Origin: Dethiobacter sp.
Lineage (GTDB): Bacteria > Bacillota > Dethiobacteria > DTU022 > UBA8154
Assembly: GCA_003605065.1 (NCBI GenBank)
Contig: QZJM01000020.1
Location: 19,562 to 83,561, forward strand
DNA length: 64,000 nt
Reading direction: 5' to 3'
Part shown: positions 16,679 through 25,213 of the stretch, in pieces
Position numbering within the stretch: the first letter of the stretch is position 1
Layout of the letters: each line of letters opens with the position of its first letter
The notes under the pieces: generated by a model
Seen by the model: only the letters and a program-made list of their open reading frames with translations
Database searches by the model: none
What the model was told of the DNA's origin: nothing
Made by a program: the position numbers and the translations under genes

Positions 16679-18820
16679 ATGGAGCGGAAGAAGCGTCTGG
16701 ATGAAATACATGGGCAGATCATGGAGCTTAAAGATCGTTTTAAACATTTGGGCTACAGGCTGATCCAAGAGGGGGAAAGACTTAAAAACCCCGGTTGTCC
16801 GCCGGACGATGTTCTCTTTCAGGAGGTTGCGGAGGAGACCAAAAAATTTAAACTCCTGACGGAAAAACTGGCAGCGGCGGGAAGAGCATTATCCTGGTCC
16901 GGGCTTAATGGCGGAGTTGATTCCCTGGACAAAATGGAGGAAATGTGGAAAGGTCTTGCCGGGCATTTAACCTACCTATATGTACTGGAACAACAAACGG
17001 AGCAGGCCATTGCTCTTGTTAAAAGAGCTATGCAAGCAACCCTGCCGGGAAAACAATTATCGGCAGAACTGGAGTCTTTCAAGAAAAAACTGCGCTATTA
17101 CGAAGAAGTTCTTTCCCGGAATGTGGATGATGAAGAAGCGGCGGAAATGCGCCGCCAGTTCTTGACGGGGGTTCACCCCCTGATCGCTTTTTTAAGGCTG
17201 GCGGAGGAGTACCTGGGAGACCATGAAGAAGCTTCAGAACTTTTTCTGGTGTCAGCGCGGGAATTTGGAAACTTGCTTACCGTAGCAGCGGCAAGGGGAA
17301 ACCTTATTCTTCCTCAGTCAGATCAAAAAGGTGCAGAAAGAAATGAAGAGGAAGTAAAAATAAAATACGAAGCAAAAAAGGTTAAAGAAGTAGAAAAAAA
17401 GGAAAGCGGAAGTAAGAGTTACAGCGGTTATTTAGATGAAATGAATGTCGAACCGGTGGCCGGCAGGAAGCTGAATCAGCGTGAGAGGCTGGTAGAGCAG
17501 ATCTTTAACCTGATCAGGGATGGTAAGCTGGGACCGGCTTTTTGGCTGAATTGTTACTGTGAACAGGTATGGGAAAAGGCGCCGCTGCCTTCCTGGCTGA
17601 TAAAAGCCGTAGAGATTGCGGAAGTTGTCGAAGGCGATGGCGGCGTGGCCGCCGGATGGCTTTCTTACATTTACAAGCACAATAATTTTGAGAGCCTGCT
17701 GGAAAAGAAAACTGGAGGAGAAAATAAGTTGGTGTTCAGTCTTTTCTCAGCTGCTTCCCTGTTGAGACCGGCCCTGGTGGCACCCGGAAGTGGTGCACCT
17801 CTCCTCCTGAAAAAAATAGGTGGTCTGCCCGGGGGTATTCAGGAACTCTGCGCTGTGCTGGCCGGTAACGGGGAGCAGGTTGGATTGGATTGGAAAAAGG
17901 AATTACAGGCGCTCTCCCACGAGGTAACGACCTGGCAGAAACGGAACCAGAAGTTGACCCTGGCCTCCCCCCTGGCGGTAAAGTTATGGGAGAAGATGCA
18001 GGAAGAAGGAGAATTACTCTATAAACTCCTGCAGCCTGTGAAAGAAAACGCAAAGGGTGCCCTAGAAGATATCCGCATGCTTGTCTCCTACCTGCGTGAA
18101 GAAAACAATCTCAAGAAGGAAGTGGCCGATCTTTATTACGGAATGCAGGATTCAAAAGAGTCCCTGGAAATTTTCCATATACCTGGGTCCTGGCAGGTGC
18201 TGGCCCGTTTAAGAGAGGCTTTAAAGCTGGCTGAACGCTGGTTAAAGCTCCACGAGAGAATTACCAAAAATAAGGAAGCAAGAACTCCCCAGAAAGATGA
18301 TTTGCGGGAACCCCTGTTGTCAGCCAGGAAGGACCTGGAGGGGGCGGCCAGGAAGTATGGGGATGATACCATGGTTAGTGCGGGAATCGCTTTATGCGAG
18401 CGTGTGTTTGATTCCCTGGAAAAATATTTTCAGGAAAGAAGGACGGAAATTCCCACAGCAGAAGTACTGTCTGCTCTGGAGTTGAGCAAGAACCCCCAGT
18501 TGAAACTTAAACCATCCTGGAAGCCTAAAGCAGAAACTGTGGAAAAGCTGGGAAAAGCCCTGGTGGAACTTTTAAATGAAGGAGAAGTAAATACCGGAAA
18601 GGCAGAGACAAAAAACGATGATCTGGAATTTGCTGTGAGAAAAGAGGCCGGCACTTATAATCTTTCGAATAACGATACAGCACTTCCGACCCCTAATCTG
18701 AGAAAGACGTGGGAAAGAGATGAAGTATTATCACCACAGGAACGGGATTTTTTAATGAACACCCTGAGAAGCTTTTATAAGGAAAGAACCGAACAGCAAC
18801 AAGACTTAAATGAAAGCTAA
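16679..18820 (+). CDS. large hypothetical soluble protein (about 713 aa) with no domain I recognise
   Basis: Long ORF, Glu/Lys-rich and predicted helical. Its stop overlaps the start of the next gene, which suggests translational coupling. The track ORF begins at 16559, but MERKKRLDEI at 16679 is the first plausible start. Confidence 0.55.
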   Translation: MERKKRLDEIHGQIMELKDRFKHLGYRLIQEGERLKNPGCPPDDVLFQEVAEETKKFKLLTEKLAAAGRALSWSGLNGGVDSLDKMEEMWKGLAGHLTYLYVLEQQTEQAIALVKRAMQATLPGKQLSAELESFKKKLRYYEEVLSRNVDDEEAAEMRRQFLTGVHPLIAFLRLAEEYLGDHEEASELFLVSAREFGNLLTVAAARGNLILPQSDQKGAERNEEEVKIKYEAKKVKEVEKKESGSKSYSGYLDEMNVEPVAGRKLNQRERLVEQIFNLIRDGKLGPAFWLNCYCEQVWEKAPLPSWLIKAVEIAEVVEGDGGVAAGWLSYIYKHNNFESLLEKKTGGENKLVFSLFSAASLLRPALVAPGSGAPLLLKKIGGLPGGIQELCAVLAGNGEQVGLDWKKELQALSHEVTTWQKRNQKLTLASPLAVKLWEKMQEEGELLYKLLQPVKENAKGALEDIRMLVSYLREENNLKKEVADLYYGMQDSKESLEIFHIPGSWQVLARLREALKLAERWLKLHERITKNKEARTPQKDDLREPLLSARKDLEGAARKYGDDTMVSAGIALCERVFDSLEKYFQERRTEIPTAEVLSALELSKNPQLKLKPSWKPKAETVEKLGKALVELLNEGEVNTGKAETKNDDLEFAVRKEAGTYNLSNNDTALPTPNLRKTWERDEVLSPQERDFLMNTLRSFYKERTEQQQDLNES

Positions 18821-21386
18821 AGAGAAAGGAATGATTAATTCCTTGCCTTCTCCTATCAATGCTACGGGAATACTTTTACACGGCAGCTTGAAGGAGCCTC
18901 CTCTTGCCGAAGAGGCCTTAAGGGCCTTAAATTCAGAGGCTTATTCTTCGGCGGGGTTTAAAAAGGCTGCCGGTTCGGATTATTACTCCTACAGGCAGCT
19001 GGAAGAACTTATTTGTACCCTCACGGAAGCTGAGGATGTCCTGGTGGTTAATAACCTCATGGCGGCGGCCTTTCTAGTTTTCCATACCCTGGCGCGGGGC
19101 AGGGAGATTATTGTTTCCAGGAGGGATCTGCACCAAAATGCTTTTTCCGCTTCCCTGGCCGGGGTTGCCCAGAGTTGTGGGGCATACCTGAAAGAAGTGG
19201 GAGGGAAGGAAACCGCCGCACCCGGGGATTATCAGGGTGCTGTTACGGAGCAGTCGGCCCTGTTTTTGACGATTAACAGTCTGGGCAGTTCTAAAAGGGA
19301 AGCTTTCCATGAAGGTATGCCTGCCGGCTTGGGGAAGCCTGAGCTGGCAGTGGTGGGTATTCTTGATAATGCTGCGCTGCTGGATCTGGCACCTTTCGGG
19401 CTGCCCGACGTGCTGCAGGTCCAAAAGCTGATCACCGGAGGGTTTGACATTGTTGTTTTTAGGGGCGATAAGCTCCTGGGAGGGCCCCCGGCAGGAATTA
19501 TAGCCGGAAAAGGCAGGTATCTTTCCCTGCTTAAGCAGGCAACGCTGGCTTCCGCTTTAAGCGCTGGCAGGATCGATAGGGCGACGCTGGAAGCGACTTT
19601 GGCATTATACCTGGACAAGGAAGAGGCTCTGAAGAAAATCCCTTTGCTGAGCATGATTTCGGCGCCACCCCCCCGTATTGAAAAACGGGCCTGGAAACTT
19701 GTTGAAGAGCTGAAGGATTCACTGGAAGGGGTGTTTAATATCAGTATGACTGCCGGGGAAGCCCATATCACTGAGGAAAGCAACGGTCTGGGGGCACTCC
19801 CCAGTTTTCAGGTGTCTATCAGTTCAGAGAAGCTTTCTGCCGCTCAGATTTCTGAACTGCTGACTAAAGGTAATCCACCGGTAATTCCATGTGAATTGAA
19901 AGAGGCGATTTTGCTTGATCTCAGATCTGTCCAGGAAAAAGAAGATGATCTTTTACTTAATTCCATACTTGATTCCCTGGGAGGAGACCGCAAGGAAATC
20001 CGGGTGCTCGATACAGTTCCCAGTCCCATCTGGACGTTAAATGAAGAGAATACCTTTATTTATGCCAACAAAGCCTGTGAGAATTTCTGGGGGTTGGAGA
20101 ACAGCAGCATCTTAGGTAAAGCAATAAGTGAGATTCTTGCCCCGGGAGAGGCAGGAGCCTTATTAAAGAGTATAAAGACGGTAATGAAAAGCAAAGAAAA
20201 AATCGCCATCGAACTAAAGATGAAATCTTTTGGGAACAAGGATAAATGGATGGATATTATTCTTGTACCGCTCTTAAATGGTCAGGAAGAAATTTCCGGG
20301 GTTACATTTACGGCGCATGATGTTACAGAGCGCAAGCGTACTGAAGAAGAATTGAAATATATCAGTATGCATGATTCACTGACGGGTCTTTATAACCGGG
20401 TTTATTTTGAAGAGGAGATGCGTCGGCTAAACACTCACCGGCACTACCCCCTAAGCATTATTGTCTGTGATGTGGACGGTTTGAAGTTTACAAATGATAT
20501 CCTGGGACATGAAAAAGGAGACAAGCTTTTAAAGACGGCGTCTAATCTTATTAAAAAGCCTTTTCGTACATCCGATGTGGTGGCCAGGGTAGGAGGAGAC
20601 GAGTTTGCCATTATTCTGCCCCGGACCAATGAAAAGACCGCGGAGGAGATCTGTGAACGTATAAAAAAGAATGTCGAAAAATACAACCAGGAAAAGAAAG
20701 GTATTCCCTTGAGCCTTCCCCTTGGTTTTGCCACAGGAGAAGAGGCCTCCGGGGGAATTCTGGAAATATTTAAAAATGCGGACAGCAATATGTATAAAAA
20801 TAAATTTGCCCATGGCAAAGCAGTGAAAAGGCAGGTTTTTGAATCTCTGCTGGAAATTCTGGCGGAGAAAGACTTTATGAGCAAGAGTAAAGCAGAACGA
20901 CTGCAGGAAATGCTGCTGTTGCTTGGACAGGCTGTGGGGATGTCACCGGGGGAAATAAAAAATATTTTATTGCTGTCCAGGGTATATGATATTGGCAAGG
21001 TGAATATCGATGATTCCATTCTCTTTAAAGAAGGAGCGTTAAGTGACGCAGAGTGGGAGGAAATTAAACGCCACCCGGAAACAGGTTATCGTATTGCCCG
21101 TTTTTCAGCGGAAATGAACCCCATCGCCGATTTCATTATGCAGCACCATGAATGGTGGGACGGGAATGGTTATCCTGCCGGCTTAAAGGGGAAGGATATC
21201 CACCTTTACCCCCGCATTTTGGCTATTGTGGACGCCTATCAGGCCATGACCAGTCACAGGCCTTACAGGGAGCTACTTTCCCGTGAAGAAGCCATTCAGG
21301 AACTGAAGAGATGCAGCGGAATTCAGTTCGATCCCCGGCTGGTAGAGATCTTTATAAACTTAATCGACCAGGAGAACTTAGTTTAA
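18810..21386 (+). CDS. multidomain signalling protein: degenerate SelA-like domain, PAS, GGDEF (diguanylate cyclase) and HD-GYP (c-di-GMP phosphodiesterase)
   Basis: The N-terminal roughly 300 aa align to selenocysteine synthase SelA (VLVVNNLMAAAFLV...REIIVSRRDL...FRGDKLLGGPPAGIIAGK...RATLEATLALYL). A PAS domain follows. The GGDEF domain carries RVGGDEFAIIL. The HD-GYP domain carries HHEWWDGNGYPAGLKG. An alternative start is the ATG at 18831. Confidence 0.85.
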   Translation: MKAKEKGMINSLPSPINATGILLHGSLKEPPLAEEALRALNSEAYSSAGFKKAAGSDYYSYRQLEELICTLTEAEDVLVVNNLMAAAFLVFHTLARGREIIVSRRDLHQNAFSASLAGVAQSCGAYLKEVGGKETAAPGDYQGAVTEQSALFLTINSLGSSKREAFHEGMPAGLGKPELAVVGILDNAALLDLAPFGLPDVLQVQKLITGGFDIVVFRGDKLLGGPPAGIIAGKGRYLSLLKQATLASALSAGRIDRATLEATLALYLDKEEALKKIPLLSMISAPPPRIEKRAWKLVEELKDSLEGVFNISMTAGEAHITEESNGLGALPSFQVSISSEKLSAAQISELLTKGNPPVIPCELKEAILLDLRSVQEKEDDLLLNSILDSLGGDRKEIRVLDTVPSPIWTLNEENTFIYANKACENFWGLENSSILGKAISEILAPGEAGALLKSIKTVMKSKEKIAIELKMKSFGNKDKWMDIILVPLLNGQEEISGVTFTAHDVTERKRTEEELKYISMHDSLTGLYNRVYFEEEMRRLNTHRHYPLSIIVCDVDGLKFTNDILGHEKGDKLLKTASNLIKKPFRTSDVVARVGGDEFAIILPRTNEKTAEEICERIKKNVEKYNQEKKGIPLSLPLGFATGEEASGGILEIFKNADSNMYKNKFAHGKAVKRQVFESLLEILAEKDFMSKSKAERLQEMLLLLGQAVGMSPGEIKNILLLSRVYDIGKVNIDDSILFKEGALSDAEWEEIKRHPETGYRIARFSAEMNPIADFIMQHHEWWDGNGYPAGLKGKDIHLYPRILAIVDAYQAMTSHRPYRELLSREEAIQELKRCSGIQFDPRLVEIFINLIDQENLV

Positions 21387-21452
21387 TTTATTCAAGTTTA
21401 CGGGTTTTAAGGTAGAGACAAAAATGTGTCAGCCGTAAGGGAGTGAAAAGAA

Positions 21453-22667
21453 ATGGCAGAAGTGGTTATTACCGGTTTAGGTCCTGTGGCCCCCAACGGT
21501 GTAGGTAAAGAGAGCTTCTGGAATGCCCTTAAAGAAGGGAAGTCGGGTATTCGCCGCATCAGCCGCTTTGACCCGGACGGTAGTATTTCCCGGATAGCCG
21601 GTGAGGTTCCACCTGAATGGGTGGAGGCTATCAGCCCCTTTCCCGGAACAAAAAGAGCCTGGAGCACCCATATGGTTATAACTGCGGCACACCTGGCCAT
21701 GGATGATGCTGGCATAAGCAAAGCGGAATTTTCCAAGAGCCTGTCCGGTATCTATGTGGGGATCAGCACCAATGACATGGAGTTTGGTGAACGGGAATAT
21801 GAAACGTTTAAACACTCCGGTTCCACCAAAGCTAATGTTATCTCTTCTTCCTTTCCTCATGCCGCTGCCAGTGAAATAGCCGGCGAATTTAAGTGTGCGG
21901 GGCGGGTAATGACTGTCTCTACGGCATGTTCTTCCGGTATTTTGAGTATCATCTCTGGTGCGGAATCTATCCTGAGGGGCGAGAACGATCTGGTTTTAGC
22001 CGGCGGAGGGGATGCCCCCCTGACTCCCTTTGTTGTTTCCTGTTTTTCCTCTGCGGGCCTTCATCCCACCTCTTATAATGACAGTCCCCTTATGGCCAGC
22101 AGGCCTTTTGATGCTAAAAGGGACGGAGGCGTTTTATCCGAGGGGGCGGGAATGATCGTTATCGAAAACTCCGAGAGGGCTCGTTTAAGGGGGGCAAAGG
22201 TTTATGCCAGGATCAGCGGCTGGGGAGTTGCCAACGCCACTTCCCCGTTGTCTGTGACTTTATCTTTTGTCTCTTCCATAACCCAGGCTCTGCAAAAAGC
22301 CAAACTACCCCTGAATATGCTGGATTATATCTGTGCCCATGCACCCGGCATTAAATTTACAGATAAAGTCGAAACAGAAGCGATTAAAAATGTTTTTGGA
22401 CAGTACGCTTACAACCTGCCGGTTAGCTCCATTAAATCTATGATAGGCAACCCCCTGTCTGCGGCAGGCCCTTTGCAGGTAATTACCACAGCCCTGGTTA
22501 TACAAAATAAGTTTATCCCACCCACCGTAAACTATGAGCACCCTGACCCGGCCTGCGATCTGGATTACGTTCCCAACAGGGGGCGTGTGGCCAGGGTAAG
22601 AAATGCCCTGATAAACCTTTTAGGTGTTGGTGGCTGCATTGTTTCCATGGTTATAACCGAGCCATAG
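21453..22667 (+). CDS. beta-ketoacyl-ACP synthase I/II (FabF/FabB)-like thiolase-fold protein with a non-canonical active site
   Basis: KAS N- and C-domains with VSTACSSG (Cys) and CAHAPG (His). The second catalytic His is replaced by Asn (KSMIGNPLSAAG against canonical KSMTGHLLGAAG). No other fab genes are nearby. Confidence 0.8.
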   Translation: MAEVVITGLGPVAPNGVGKESFWNALKEGKSGIRRISRFDPDGSISRIAGEVPPEWVEAISPFPGTKRAWSTHMVITAAHLAMDDAGISKAEFSKSLSGIYVGISTNDMEFGEREYETFKHSGSTKANVISSSFPHAAASEIAGEFKCAGRVMTVSTACSSGILSIISGAESILRGENDLVLAGGGDAPLTPFVVSCFSSAGLHPTSYNDSPLMASRPFDAKRDGGVLSEGAGMIVIENSERARLRGAKVYARISGWGVANATSPLSVTLSFVSSITQALQKAKLPLNMLDYICAHAPGIKFTDKVETEAIKNVFGQYAYNLPVSSIKSMIGNPLSAAGPLQVITTALVIQNKFIPPTVNYEHPDPACDLDYVPNRGRVARVRNALINLLGVGGCIVSMVITEP

Positions 22668-22670
22668 AGA

Positions 22671-25160
22671 ATGGAGAAAAGTATGATTATTTTTACTATT
22701 GTATTGTTAGCTCTGATAGCAGTGGCTCACGTAGTAATGGGCACAATTATTTATAAAAAGGCTCCCCGTGCTATGCTCAACCGTTTATGCCTGGGTTTTG
22801 CGCTAAATGCCAGTTTATGGAGTGTTTCTGTTCTTTTTGTTATTCTGCAAAATGATTACGAGCAGGCCCTTTTCTGGATTAGAATGTCACATGCCTTGGC
22901 GGCGACTACACCCTCGTTTATGTTTGCCCTGGTTTATTGTTTTAAAGCCGGGATTAAGTATCCTTACAGAAAAGTGTTCTGGGTTTTTTTGTTCAGCCTG
23001 GCACTGGCCTTGTTGTGTTTGACGCCTGCCGTTATTAAGGATGTAGTCCTGGCCGCGGAAGGTAAAATTAAGATTTATGGCCCCGTTTTCCCTCTTTATA
23101 CGATCTTTTTCGCAGTGGTGCCTGTCCTTTCCCTGTACAACCTTTTCCGGCAGCTGCGCCAGTCACGGGGCCTGGTTCGTTTCCAAATACGTTATTTTTT
23201 CGGTGGTATTCTTATTGCTTTTATTTTAGGTAGCCTTGTTAACCTTTTTCTTCCGCTGATGGGCATTACAACAGATAACCTGCGCAGTTTGGGGCCTGTA
23301 TTTACGCTTATAAGCGTTATCTCCATTACTTATGCCATTGCTAAGTACCGTCTGATGGATATAAGCTTAGCCCTTCGCCGGATCATTGCCAATTCCCTGT
23401 CCATAATGCTGGTGGCCGGGATTTATATCTTGGCAATTTTCCTGGCAAAAAAGCAATTTATGGCTTATTCGGATTATTTAACATTATTTTTAATTATTCT
23501 GCTGGTTGTTTCATTCCAGACAATAAAGAACCAGGTACAGTCATTAATTGACCGGTACTTTTTCCGTGGTGCTTATAATTACTTTACGACTCTGAGAAAT
23601 GTTACTAAAGCCATGGTTTCCATTCTTAACAGGGAAAAGCTCCTTTCCTTTCTGACAGACAAGATTATGGAGACTATTTATATCCGGGGGGCTGCTTTTT
23701 TTCTAAGGGAACAAGACGGCTCCTTTACCGCTGTAACAAAAAAATATCTAGCACCTTTTCTTCCTTTGGAGAAAGAATACAGCAAATTGGAGCCCGAAAA
23801 CCCCCTGATCCTGCTCCTGGAAAAAAGGGGAGATGTACTGCTGAAAACTGATTTAAGGGGCGTTGAGCCTGAAGAAAAAAGAGAACTTCTTGTGGGAGAA
23901 ATGAAAAAACTTCATTCTGAAGTGGCTGTGCCGCTGTTTATAGAAGGGAAAATGGACGGTGTTTTTTTCCTGGGTTACAAATTGTCGGGAGAGCCGTATT
24001 CCAAGGAGGATGTAAACCTGCTTTCCACTTTAAGTTATCAGATTGCCGTTTCTCTAAAGAATGCCCGGCTTTACCATGAGATCCTGGAGATTAAGCAATA
24101 TCTGGAGAATGTCCTGGAAAATATGGGTAACGGGTTGATAGCCGTTAATGCGGGGGGAAGGATCACTACTTTTAACAGCACAGCGGAGAAACTTACAGGT
24201 TTAAAAGCCAGGGAGGTACTGGGTAAAAAGGTGGATAAAACCCTTGATCCCGGGTTGTCCTGGCAGTTGCTGCAGACCTTAAATAACGGTCAGAGGAGAA
24301 GTGAAGTGGAAGTAGAGGTGCCGGTAGGTAACTTGACATGCTTTTTGTGCTGCAGCACGGCCCTGGTAGAGTTGAACGATTCAAGGGAACGCGGAGCGAT
24401 TATGGCTCTAAGCGATATCACCCGTATTAAAGAGCTGGAGAGAGAAAAAAGCGAAGTGCAAAGGCTGGCTTCCCTGGGGGAAATGGCCGCAGGAATGGCG
24501 CACGAAATAAAAAACCCGCTTGTATCCATTAAAACCTTTGCGGAACTCCTGCCAGAAAAATACGAAAACCATGAGTTTCGTTACAGTTTTTCCCAGATAG
24601 TATCCCAGGAAATAGAACGTATCAACAACCTGGTCATGGGGCTTCTTAAAATTTCCAGAGATCAGCAGGTCTATAATTATGATGAGGTTAATATTGAAGT
24701 TCTGCTGGACGAAATTTTTCTTTTAGTACTTCCCCAGCTTAATGCGCAAAATATAGGCGTTTATAAGCATTATGAACCGGACGTTCCCGTTATTCAGGCT
24801 GACAGGGAACAGTTAAAACAAGCTCTTTTTAATATATGTTTAAATGGAATTCAGGCCATGCCCGGGGGTGGGGAGCTGAGGGTGGAAATTTTACCTGTTA
24901 TGGTTCTCGCTGGTGAGACGGCCGGCGTTCTTTCCCCGGGGAAAAAGGTAAAGATAGTGATTGAAGATACGGGAATAGGGATTTCTTCTCCGGAAAAAGA
25001 AAAGATATTTGATCCATTTTTTACTACCAAGGCTGATGGGGTGGGAATCGGCTTGAGTATAAGCCATCGTGTGATCACCAGCCATGGGGGGAGCATTCAG
25101 GTCCGCAGCAGTAAAGGTGAAGGGACTGTTTTTGAGATTTACCTTCCGGCCGGGGATTAA
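22671..25160 (+). CDS. sensor histidine kinase: N-terminal 7TM sensor, GAF, PAS, HisKA, HATPase
   Basis: Seven N-terminal TM segments, an H-box AHEIKNPLVSIKTFAELL and complete N/G1/G2 boxes (DTGIGI, GVGIGLS). It starts 4 nt after the KAS-like gene. Confidence 0.85.
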   Translation: MEKSMIIFTIVLLALIAVAHVVMGTIIYKKAPRAMLNRLCLGFALNASLWSVSVLFVILQNDYEQALFWIRMSHALAATTPSFMFALVYCFKAGIKYPYRKVFWVFLFSLALALLCLTPAVIKDVVLAAEGKIKIYGPVFPLYTIFFAVVPVLSLYNLFRQLRQSRGLVRFQIRYFFGGILIAFILGSLVNLFLPLMGITTDNLRSLGPVFTLISVISITYAIAKYRLMDISLALRRIIANSLSIMLVAGIYILAIFLAKKQFMAYSDYLTLFLIILLVVSFQTIKNQVQSLIDRYFFRGAYNYFTTLRNVTKAMVSILNREKLLSFLTDKIMETIYIRGAAFFLREQDGSFTAVTKKYLAPFLPLEKEYSKLEPENPLILLLEKRGDVLLKTDLRGVEPEEKRELLVGEMKKLHSEVAVPLFIEGKMDGVFFLGYKLSGEPYSKEDVNLLSTLSYQIAVSLKNARLYHEILEIKQYLENVLENMGNGLIAVNAGGRITTFNSTAEKLTGLKAREVLGKKVDKTLDPGLSWQLLQTLNNGQRRSEVEVEVPVGNLTCFLCCSTALVELNDSRERGAIMALSDITRIKELEREKSEVQRLASLGEMAAGMAHEIKNPLVSIKTFAELLPEKYENHEFRYSFSQIVSQEIERINNLVMGLLKISRDQQVYNYDEVNIEVLLDEIFLLVLPQLNAQNIGVYKHYEPDVPVIQADREQLKQALFNICLNGIQAMPGGGELRVEILPVMVLAGETAGVLSPGKKVKIVIEDTGIGISSPEKEKIFDPFFTTKADGVGIGLSISHRVITSHGGSIQVRSSKGEGTVFEIYLPAGD

Positions 25161-25213
25161 TTAATTTGCAGGGTGTTATTCAAAAATAAGTCGCGAGAGA
25201 TAGATTATCCACA

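Noticed and set aside
19232-19783. 183-aa minus-strand ORF inside the SelA-like region.
   Set aside because: It is antisense to a + strand gene with strong domain homology. Its Ser/Pro-rich, low-complexity translation is typical of a GC-rich antisense frame.
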